From assembly GCA_041649115.1 (NCBI GenBank), contig JBAZNT010000002.1:48666-112665 (forward strand): a stretch of 64,000 nucleotides of DNA, in the 5' to 3' direction. The DNA comes from Candidatus Omnitrophota bacterium (GTDB lineage Bacteria > Omnitrophota > Gorgyraeia > Gygaellales > Profunditerraquicolaceae). Below, one piece after another: positions 53,953-61,032 of this stretch. Positions within the stretch are counted from its first letter, which is position 1; each line of letters begins with the position of its first letter. The position numbers were made by a program, and so were the translations under genes. The notes under the pieces were generated by a model. That model searched no databases, was not told where the DNA came from, and saw only the letters and a list, made by a program, of their open reading frames with translations.

Positions 53953-53958
53953 GTCTCC

Positions 53959-54984
53959 TTAACCCAGGGTAATCTTCTTGCGGATTTCCTTTTCAATCTC
54001 ATCCTGCAGCTTAGGCTGCTCTTTCAGGGTCTTGATGGCGGCGTCGCGGCCCTGCCCAAGCTTGGTTGTGGCGTAAGAAAGCCAGGTGCCGGATTTCTCG
54101 ATTACGCCGGTGTTGACGCCGGCGTCAATTACGCTTCCGGACTTGGAAATGCCTTCGTTATGCAATATCTCAAATTCCCCCTCCTTAAAAGGCGGGGCAA
54201 CTTTATTTTTGACTACCCGCACACGCACCCTGTTGCCGATGACCATCTCCGCAGACTTTAGGGTCGCTATCTTTCTTACGTCTAAGCGCACGGAAGAATA
54301 GAATTTCAGCGCCCTTCCTCCGGGAGTGGTTTCCGGAGATCCGAACATTACCCCTATTTTTTCGCGTATCTGGTTGATAAAAATCACGCAGGTGCGCGAT
54401 TTGCTTATGGCGGCGGTAAGTTTGCGCAGGGCCTGCGACATCAGGCGCGCCTGCAAACCTACGTGCGAATCCCCCATTTCACCTTCGATCTCGGCGCGCG
54501 GGGTCAAAGCAGCTACGGAATCGATTACCACGACGTCTACGGCATTGGAGCGCACCAGCGTCTCTGCAATCTCCAGCGCCTGTTCTCCGGTATCCGGCTG
54601 CGATATCAAAAGGTCTTCAAGGTTAACTCCTATAATCTTGGCGTAGGTAGAGTCAAAGGCATGCTCTGCGTCAATAAAAGCTGCCACCCCGCCTTTTTTC
54701 TGGATTTCGCGTATTACGGTTAAAGTCAAGGTTGTCTTTCCGGAAGCCTCAGGACCGAAAACCTCAACTACCCTTCCGCGGGGAAGGCCGCCTACGCCCA
54801 ATGCCCAGTCCAAGGTCAATGCGCCGGTAGGGATTGCCTCTACGCTGACCTTGGTATCCCCCCCCAGCTTCATAATCGAACCTTTTCCGAACTGCTTCTC
54901 AATTTGCATCAAGGCTAATTCAAGCGCCTTATGCCTGTCTGATATATTCCTTGCATCATCTTTCTTCTTTTCAACGGTTGCCAT
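53959..54984 (-). CDS. recA: recombinase RecA
   Basis: 341 aa. Walker [11 protein letters not shown]1/L2 loops. Confidence 0.98.
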   Translation of the reverse strand: MATVEKKKDDARNISDRHKALELALMQIEKQFGKGSIMKLGGDTKVSVEAIPTGALTLDWALGVGGLPRGRVVEVFGPEASGKTTLTLTVIREIQKKGGVAAFIDAEHAFDSTYAKIIGVNLEDLLISQPDTGEQALEIAETLVRSNAVDVVVIDSVAALTPRAEIEGEMGDSHVGLQARLMSQALRKLTAAISKSRTCVIFINQIREKIGVMFGSPETTPGGRALKFYSSVRLDVRKIATLKSAEMVIGNRVRVRVVKNKVAPPFKEGEFEILHNEGISKSGSVIDAGVNTGVIEKSGTWLSYATTKLGQGRDAAIKTLKEQPKLQDEIEKEIRKKITLG

Positions 54985-55042
54985 GCCTACCTCCGTTCAC
55001 AAGTTTGAATTTTAGCTGAAATTCGCTTAAATAGAGTATTTT

Positions 55043-55071
55043 ATTATATCCCAGCCCCTCCCCACTGTCAA
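55043..55071 (-). promoter_or_regulatory. consensus sigma70 promoter for recA
   Basis: Minus strand reads TTGACA (55071-55066), a 17-nt spacer, then TATAAT (55048-55043). SD GGAGGT lies 5 nt before the recA ATG. Confidence 0.6.
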
Positions 55072-55084
55072 TTATTTAAATAAC

Positions 55085-55144
55085 CAGAAACACTTTCCAA
55101 TGCAATCGGGAAACGTTTTCCAACGTAATCAGGAAAGTGTCTTT
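55085..55144. repeat. left terminal REP-like repeat with nested hairpins
   Basis: 55085-55121 reads CAGAAACACTTTCCAATGCAATCGGGAAACGTTTTCC. 55132-55144 (GGAAAGTGTCTTT) is the near reverse complement of 55086-55098, giving a 13-bp-stem hairpin. Inner GAAACGTTTTCC is itself near-palindromic. Confidence 0.7.
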
Positions 55145-55149
55145 AATTA

Positions 55150-55644
55150 TTAAAGTTCAAGAAAATCAATTAACAGAAAATCCGCTGTTTTTTCGAGCGC
55201 TCGTTCTTTATAGCTACTCCACTTATAATCTCCCGCGCTCCTGGCTATACCAGCTCTTACCGGATTGAATTCGACATAATTTAAACAATCCAGTAAATAA
55301 GCATCTCTTGTAATAAGTCTGCTGTTAAATCTGCCTTGCCATAAATGGCCAACTTTATTATATTTTTTGTTAAAATAACTCGTGTAAGACCGTAAAATCA
55401 CCTGCATGAATTTAGATAACCATTGCGGTTCATCGAATTCAGCGATGAGATGTAAATGGTTCGGCATCAGGCAAAAACCGTAAAGCTTTAAACCATATCT
55501 TCTTTTGTATTTTTTTAAACGCCCAACGAACGCCGCGTAGTCTTGATCATCTAAGAAAATTCGTTGTTTTTGATTGCCTCTGGCAGTTAAATGGTAACAT
55601 CCGTTTTCCAACAATATCTTTGAGCGCGCCGACATAAGAATCAC
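55150..55644 (-). CDS. Y1 (HUH) transposase, RAYT / IS200-like family
   Basis: 164 aa. HUH motif MPNHLHLI. Motifs GCYHLTARGNQKQRIF, HLWQGRFNSR, catalytic-Tyr region YVEFNPVRAG and W..SY. Pattern matches REP-associated tyrosine transposases. Confidence 0.8.
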   Translation of the reverse strand: MILMSARSKILLENGCYHLTARGNQKQRIFLDDQDYAAFVGRLKKYKRRYGLKLYGFCLMPNHLHLIAEFDEPQWLSKFMQVILRSYTSYFNKKYNKVGHLWQGRFNSRLITRDAYLLDCLNYVEFNPVRAGIARSAGDYKWSSYKERALEKTADFLLIDFLEL

Positions 55645-55722
55645 CCCCTTTTACTTTAATAGACGCGCAAACAATATATATCTAACTAAAATTTTATCAA
55701 ATAACACTGTCCGGTTTGGCTC

Positions 55723-55760
55723 GGAAAACGTTTCTGCTATGGATTGGAAAGTGTTTCTGT
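55723..55760. repeat. right terminal REP-like repeat (inverted copy of left repeat)
   Basis: Reverse complement of 55723-55760 is CAGAAACACTTTCCAATCCATAGCAGAAACGTTTTCC, about 32 of 37 identical to the left repeat. Contains GGAAAACGTTTC. Confidence 0.7.
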
Positions 55761-55763
55761 AGG

Positions 55764-55792
55764 TTGACAGGAGGCTTAAAATATGTTAAATT
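55764..55792 (+). promoter_or_regulatory. putative sigma70 promoter upstream of GGDEF gene (would give near-leaderless mRNA)
   Basis: TTGACA (55764-55769), 17-nt spacer, TAAATT (55787-55792). The ATG is at 55802. The spacer contains GGAGG, which could alternatively serve as SD for an 8-codon uORF (55783-55809). Confidence 0.4.
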
Positions 55793-55801
55793 CTAAGCAT
55801 T

Positions 55802-56980
55802 ATGGATGACGTAAAAAAACCCGAAGAATACCGCAACGAGTTAGAACGCGCCCAGCGCGAACTTGGCATACTCTATGAGATTTCCAATGCCATGCGCACC
55901 ACCCTAAAGCTGGACGAAATACTCTATATCATCCTGACCGGCGTAACCGCCCATACCGGACTGGGGTTCAACCGCGCTATGTTATTCCTGGTCAATAACA
56001 AAGAAAATATCATTGAGGGCAAAATGGGCATCGGACCAGACAGCGGCGAAGACGCCGACCGCATCTGGAAGCATATCGAACACCACAAAATGGATATGGA
56101 TGACCTTATCAGCGCCTATCAGGGATCCCCTCCTCAGGAATCAACCTTCAACCAGGAGATTAAACTTCTGAAGATCCCCCTGCATGACACCAAGGGGGGA
56201 TTGCTGGCCCTGACCGTGCTGGAAGGGATGCCCCTGCATCTGACAAAGGAAAGTATCGCCTCCTACCAATCGGATACCGTAATCAAGTTATTGAAAACCG
56301 ACGAACTGGCGGTTGTGCCGTTAAAAGCCAAAGACAAGGTAAACGGCATTATTATCGCCGACAACTTTATCACCCAGAAGCCCATTAACAAAAACGATAT
56401 GCGCATGTTGATAATGCTGGCTAACCAGGCTGGATTAGCAATTGATAATTCGCGTCTTTATGAAAAGACGGTGGTCCGCGCACATTCGGACTCCCTCACT
56501 GAGCTCTGGAACCACGGTTACTTCCGTTATCTCCTGCAGGAGGACTTGGAAAAAGCCAAGGCGACCCGGGGACGCCTGAGTCTGATAATGGTTGATATTG
56601 ATGATTTTAAAATATATAACGATACATTGGGGCATCAGGCGGGAGATAAAATCCTAAAAGAAGTAGCCAACCTGCTTAAAAGCCATTCCCGAAAAATGGA
56701 CTCTGTCTGCCGTTACGGCGGAGAGGAATTTGCGATTATAGTCCCGGAGTCCCAGAAAAATGAGGTCTACCTGATTGCGGAACGCCTGAGGCAGGATATC
56801 GAGAAGCATTCCTTCCTGCACGAAGAGATACTCCCTAAGAAAAAGCTTACCGTAAGCATCGGTCTGGCCTCGTTCCCGGATAACGCTTCCAACGCTGCGG
56901 AATTAATCTTTCTGTCCGACCAGGCGCTTTATCAGGCCAAGAATCAGGGGAAGAATAAAACCTGCTGTTACCTCTCTTAA
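55802..56980 (+). CDS. GAF domain-containing diguanylate cyclase (GGDEF) with I-site
   Basis: 392 aa. N-terminal GAF-like region. C-terminal GGDEF with active RYGGEEF and an RxxD I-site (RKMD) 3 residues upstream. Only plus-strand gene in the window. Confidence 0.85.
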   Translation: MDDVKKPEEYRNELERAQRELGILYEISNAMRTTLKLDEILYIILTGVTAHTGLGFNRAMLFLVNNKENIIEGKMGIGPDSGEDADRIWKHIEHHKMDMDDLISAYQGSPPQESTFNQEIKLLKIPLHDTKGGLLALTVLEGMPLHLTKESIASYQSDTVIKLLKTDELAVVPLKAKDKVNGIIIADNFITQKPINKNDMRMLIMLANQAGLAIDNSRLYEKTVVRAHSDSLTELWNHGYFRYLLQEDLEKAKATRGRLSLIMVDIDDFKIYNDTLGHQAGDKILKEVANLLKSHSRKMDSVCRYGGEEFAIIVPESQKNEVYLIAERLRQDIEKHSFLHEEILPKKKLTVSIGLASFPDNASNAAELIFLSDQALYQAKNQGKNKTCCYLS

Positions 56981-59900
56981 GCCGGTTCTGCTACCGCCAA
57001 TCCTTCGGGTTCTACAGAAGGCTTGCCTTGCGAAAATTTTACTGAAATAATCTTGGATACTCCGGATTCCTCCATCGTGATACCGTACATCACGTCGGCG
57101 TTGGCAATGGTCTTTTTGTTATGGGTAATCACGATAAATTGAGAACCGTTCGTAAACTCCTGCAACATCCTGCCGAACCTGTCGACATTGGCTTCATCTA
57201 AAGCCGCATCAATCTCATCCAATACGCAGAACGGGGCAGGTTTAATCTTGAAGATGGCGAAGATCAGGGCTATGGCAGCCATGGACTTCTCTCCTCCGGA
57301 AAGCAAGAGGACATTCTGCAGCTTCTTCCCCGGAGGCCGGCAGATAATCTCAATGCCGCACTCCAGGGGATCCTGTTCGTCCACCAGAAAGACCTGGGCG
57401 TCTCCGCCGTTAAAGAGGAGCCGGAAATAATTACGGAACTCGGCAGCGACCTTTTGGAAGGTTTCCAGAAACATGTGTTTGGTAGTTTTGTTGAGCTTAA
57501 GGATGGCGTCATGCAAAGACTGCTTGGCATTCAAAAGGTCAGTCTGCTGCTGGGTTAAAAAATCATAGCGCTTCTTAAGCTCATCGTACTCTTCGATGGC
57601 AACCAGATTTACCGTACCGTAAGAGTCCAGCTTTTCCTTCATACCCTGGATCTCTGCGCTCAAGGAACCTTCATCGCCCTCACAGACAACATCGCTAACG
57701 GAATCCAGGTCAACCTTATAGCCCTGCAATATCCTTTCTTTAACGGCACCGTATTTATATTCCGCCTCCTTGGAACGCATCTGAAGCTCATACGCCCTGC
57801 TTTTGATATTATCTATTTCCTTCTTATCCGCCTCGATCTTCAGGGTAATATCGCTAGTGCCGTCCAGGACCGCTACAAACCTAGCCTCGGTGTCCTTAAG
57901 GACCGTCTTTTGCATCTCAATCTCTTCCCCGGACTTCAAAATCGCTTCTTCCAAATCTTTTATCTGGGCCTGCAAGGATGCCTCTTTAACCGAGGCTGCC
58001 TCTTTTTGCTCCTTAAGGCTAAGGAGCGCCTCCGTATCCTGACGGAAGGCATCCTCCAGTATCGCGATGGTTGCCTGGTCGGAATTAACGCGCTTATTAA
58101 GGGCTTCCAATTCTGCCCTGGCCTGCGTAATCGCTACAATTACACCCTCCTTAAGGTGATTATTGGAATCGATCCGGCTCTGTTCGCCGGAGATCAATTC
58201 CTCAGCATTCCTCTCTTCGTTTTCCAATGCAACCAAGGAATCCTTGCGGCTGTTTAACTCCTGCTGGAGCCCGGATAAGGCGCTCATGACGTCAGAAAGC
58301 TCTATCGCAATGACCTCTTCCTCGCTCTTGATTTTATTTACCTCGTCCTCTGCGGTTTGCTGCTGGGCACGCTTGTTAACAAGAACCATCTCCTCGCTGC
58401 GCAGATTGCCTTCCAGGGCCCCTATGTTATTTTTGATCTCCGCAATATGTGTCTGCTTATGAGCCTTATTATCCTTGAGGCTGGCTATCTTGATATCGAC
58501 CTGCGCAATGCGTTCGCCAATCTTCTGGGTGTCCAGGTCCATGGGCTTGGCCTCTCCGGATATCTTGACATTGGCATGGCCGGCTGCCCCGCCATCGCCA
58601 TCGGCAAGCTCCAGATACTCTTTGACCTTGATGAGTATCCCGGAATTCTTCTCTGCCGGCATCTTATCCAGGTAAAGCAAGGCATTCATGGACTCCCCTA
58701 TATCATCATATTTGGATTTAAGTTCCTCCAGAAATTCTTTCTGGGACTGCATCGCCAGCCTCTGTTTTTCCAAATCCGCGATGCAGGCATTAATCTGCTC
58801 AAGCGATATGTTTTCCTGCCCCAACTCTTCCTTGGCGGCGTTAATCTTGAGGCCAAGCTCGGCGAACCTGCCCTCCAATCCTGATAATTCCTGGGATATA
58901 CTGGAAAGGGCTAACTCTGCATTGGCCTTTTCTTCGTTCACCTTGGCTTTTTCAACCTCTAGTCTTTTTTGGCGCGCCAGATAAACCTGCTCCTTGGCGG
59001 TGAAATCGGCAACTTCGTTCTTGGCAACGCTAACCCTGGCTGCCAGCTCCAGAAGATTTTTCTTTGCCGCCGCAATATTATCCAAAGAAAGCTTTATGGC
59101 AGCCGCCAAATCATTCAGCTCATCCTCTTTCTCCATCAGAAGCGCGCCTTTTGCTTCTATCTCCTTCTGTATGCCGTTATATTCCTCTTTGACGGCATCG
59201 AGTTTTTCTTTATCTACATTGATGCGCGCCTCGGTCTGCCCTATCTGCTCATCGATACGCTTCTTGCCGGCTTCAAGCTCATTAATCCTGTCATGGGAAA
59301 TATTAATATGTTCGCGGTTGCGTGATATACCGTTGTCAAGATTAAGAATCTGGTTCTTGATGTTGTTGATAGCGTCTTCCAAAGCCCTGGCTTCCTGTTT
59401 CTGGTCGGCAATCTTGACTTCCTGCTCCTGGATGGCGCCCAGAACCTCGCCTTCTTTCTCCTGCAGCTTATTTAATTCTGCCGCGGTTTCATCCCTATCC
59501 CTTAGGAAATCCGCTTTTTGTAAAACGGCAAGCCTTACCTCCTTATTTTTTAGCTCCTCAAATAAATCCTTATAACGCCGGGCCTTATTCGCCTGGCGTT
59601 CCAGGGAACCGATCTGGCGCTTGACCTCGGTAATGATGTCATTTACGCGCAGGAGGTTCTGCTCGGTTTCTTCCAATTTACGCATTGCCTCGCGCTTTTG
59701 GGATTTATATTTGGTTATGCCTGCGGCTTCGTCAAATACCAGGCGGCGGTCTTCCGGCCGGGAGCTTAAAATCATATCTATCCTGCCCTGCGGCACCAAT
59801 GAATAACTCTCGGCTCCGATACCGGTACCCAGCAATAAATCAGAGACGTCCTTAAGGCGCACCTGGGTTTTGTTCAGGAGGTACTCGCTCTCTCCGGAGC

Positions 59901-60216
59901 GGAAAAGGCGGCGGGAAATCATTACCTCATCATGGTCAATGGGGAAAAATCTGGTTTTATTATCAAAGGTAACGCTCACCTCTGCCATGCTTAACGGCTC
60001 CTTTTTATCAGTGCCGTTAAAGATAACATCCTGCATGTCAGAGCCGCGCAATGATTTTACGGACTGCTCCCCTAATACCCAACGGATGGAATCAAAGATA
60101 TTACTCTTGCCGCAGCCGTTAGGGCCTACGATCGCAGTAACCCCGGGCTCAAATTGCAAAGTGGTTTTATTGCAGAAGGATTTAAACCCTACCAGCTCCA
60201 GTCTCTTAAAATACAT
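56977..60216 (-). CDS. smc: chromosome partition protein Smc (hinge region strongly reduced)
   Basis: 1079 aa. Canonical Smc N-terminal head (MYFKRLELVGFKSF...GPNGCGKSNIFDSIRWVLGEQS) and C-terminal head (LSGGEKSMAAIALIFAIFKIKPAPFCVLDEIDAALD). Two long coiled-coil arms. Only about 40 aa (GILIKVKEYLELADGDGGAAGHANVKISGEAKPMDLD) sit where the roughly 150 aa hinge is expected. Stop codon overlaps the GGDEF stop (convergent). Confidence 0.85.
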   Translation of the reverse strand: MYFKRLELVGFKSFCNKTTLQFEPGVTAIVGPNGCGKSNIFDSIRWVLGEQSVKSLRGSDMQDVIFNGTDKKEPLSMAEVSVTFDNKTRFFPIDHDEVMISRRLFRSGESEYLLNKTQVRLKDVSDLLLGTGIGAESYSLVPQGRIDMILSSRPEDRRLVFDEAAGITKYKSQKREAMRKLEETEQNLLRVNDIITEVKRQIGSLERQANKARRYKDLFEELKNKEVRLAVLQKADFLRDRDETAAELNKLQEKEGEVLGAIQEQEVKIADQKQEARALEDAINNIKNQILNLDNGISRNREHINISHDRINELEAGKKRIDEQIGQTEARINVDKEKLDAVKEEYNGIQKEIEAKGALLMEKEDELNDLAAAIKLSLDNIAAAKKNLLELAARVSVAKNEVADFTAKEQVYLARQKRLEVEKAKVNEEKANAELALSSISQELSGLEGRFAELGLKINAAKEELGQENISLEQINACIADLEKQRLAMQSQKEFLEELKSKYDDIGESMNALLYLDKMPAEKNSGILIKVKEYLELADGDGGAAGHANVKISGEAKPMDLDTQKIGERIAQVDIKIASLKDNKAHKQTHIAEIKNNIGALEGNLRSEEMVLVNKRAQQQTAEDEVNKIKSEEEVIAIELSDVMSALSGLQQELNSRKDSLVALENEERNAEELISGEQSRIDSNNHLKEGVIVAITQARAELEALNKRVNSDQATIAILEDAFRQDTEALLSLKEQKEAASVKEASLQAQIKDLEEAILKSGEEIEMQKTVLKDTEARFVAVLDGTSDITLKIEADKKEIDNIKSRAYELQMRSKEAEYKYGAVKERILQGYKVDLDSVSDVVCEGDEGSLSAEIQGMKEKLDSYGTVNLVAIEEYDELKKRYDFLTQQQTDLLNAKQSLHDAILKLNKTTKHMFLETFQKVAAEFRNYFRLLFNGGDAQVFLVDEQDPLECGIEIICRPPGKKLQNVLLLSGGEKSMAAIALIFAIFKIKPAPFCVLDEIDAALDEANVDRFGRMLQEFTNGSQFIVITHNKKTIANADVMYGITMEESGVSKIISVKFSQGKPSVEPEGLAVAEPA

Positions 60217-60228
60217 GCGGCATCTCCT

Positions 60229-60408
60229 TTATTGAAGTTTAGAATGGTTTTCAATCCAGGCGTCAATTCTATCCTTACGAAAACGCCACTGCCCCACGAG
60301 CTTCACTGCCGGTATCTTATTTTGCTTAAGCCACTCGTAGATAGTGCGGCGCGTAACCTTAAGGTAATCCGCTAAATCTTCTATGGTCATCAAACCGCCG
60401 TTAATCAT
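60229..60408 (-). CDS. small excisionase-family (MerR-like) helix-turn-helix DNA-binding protein
   Basis: ORF track gives 80 aa from 60471, but codons 1-21 contain a perfect promoter. Met-22 (MINGGLMTIEDLADYLKVTRRTIYEWLKQNKIPAVKLVGQWRFRKDRIDAWIE) is preceded by GGAGAG. 12 nt upstream of the smc start. Confidence 0.6.
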   Translation of the reverse strand: MINGGLMTIEDLADYLKVTRRTIYEWLKQNKIPAVKLVGQWRFRKDRIDAWIENHSKLQ

Positions 60409-60427
60409 TCTCTCTCCAGTAATTCCA

Positions 60428-60456
60428 ATTATAAACAAGGTTCTGCCTTTTGTCAA
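60428..60456 (-). promoter_or_regulatory. consensus sigma70 promoter for HTH-smc transcription unit
   Basis: Minus strand reads TTGACA (60456-60451), a 17-nt spacer (AAAGGCAGAACCTTGTT), then TATAAT (60433-60428). Followed by GGAGAG and an ATG at 60408. Confidence 0.6.
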
Positions 60457-60519
60457 GGAAAACTTTAACATTCTTTAACATCCAAAGGAAAAAAAGCTTG
60501 TTATATTACCAAAATATGC

Positions 60520-60605
60520 AAAAAAATCAGGAACGGTTCTAAACTCAAAGCTAATCTATCCCCTGTTAGGGGACAGATTAAGAACAACTTCAGAACCGTT
60601 CCTGA
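60520..60605 (-). terminator. Rho-independent terminator-like nested hairpin downstream of pilin gene
   Basis: Outer 14-bp perfect stem 60527-60540 / 60592-60605 (TCAGGAACGGTTCT / AGAACCGTTCCTGA). Inner hairpin AATCTATCCCC-GTTA-GGGGACAGATT. On the minus strand it is followed by T7 (plus 60520-60526 A7). It begins directly after the pilin stop codon. Confidence 0.55.
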
Positions 60606-60998
60606 TTAATAATAGCCTGGCGAACCGCCGAATTCGCCGCTAGAATAATTGAGGGTAATAGTATATGATTCGGATGGGTCTGGCGGCTTTCCTCCGGTAC
60701 TGCATCTGGTAGCTGTAGCTGCAGTATCATCTCCGCTATAGCTAAAATAATGGGTGCTCGTGCAACTTGAAGGAGCCACCACCGAAAGATTGGCAAAGTC
60801 CGTAGCGTATGCTCCGTATTCCTCGCTATAAGCTACCTGCGCCCTGGAAATTTCTCCCAGAGCCCTCTTGGCCTCAGCAGCCCTGCTCTTCTCTATCAGC
60901 TTGGAATATTGAATAAAACCTAAGGTAGCCAATATTCCAATAATAATAACCACGATAATAATCTCAAGGAGGGTGAAGCCTTCTGACTTTTTCTTCAT
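60606..60998 (-). CDS. type IV pilin / pseudopilin (prepilin-type N-terminal cleavage-methylation domain)
   Basis: Leader MKKKSEG followed by FTLLEIIIVVIIIGILA (class III signal with Glu+5). The C-terminus is Gly/Ser/Thr/Tyr-rich. ORF track offers an alternative start 15 codons upstream (61043) that would overlap etfA. Confidence 0.8.
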   Translation of the reverse strand: MKKKSEGFTLLEIIIVVIIIGILATLGFIQYSKLIEKSRAAEAKRALGEISRAQVAYSEEYGAYATDFANLSVVAPSSCTSTHYFSYSGDDTAATATRCSTGGKPPDPSESYTITLNYSSGEFGGSPGYY

Positions 60999-61032
60999 GA
61001 GCAGTCCGTCATCCAAACTACAAATGCCAAAA

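Larger units (their letters stand above)
55085..55760. mobile_element. REP-associated tyrosine transposase (RAYT / IS200-like) element bounded by inverted REP-like palindromic repeats
   Basis: Single HUH/Y1 transposase gene flanked by about 37-bp imperfect inverted repeats that contain nested palindromes (see repeat features). Confidence 0.65.

Noticed and set aside
54985-55042. Possible LexA/SOS operator in the recA 5' region (weak palindrome TTCACAAGTTTGAA at 54996-55009)
   Set aside because: Does not match CTGT-N8-ACAG, GAAC-N4-GTTC or other described LexA boxes. Only 5 of 7 palindromic pairs. It lies in the 5'UTR next to the SD rather than over the promoter. The GAAACGTTTTCC palindromes nearby belong to the transposon ends, since they occur at both ends in inverted orientation.
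56977-60216. Smc as a Wadjet JetC / Lamassu-type defence SMC
   Set aside because: The head domains align closely with housekeeping Smc (B. subtilis-like). No jetA/B/D, kleisin or nuclease genes adjacent.
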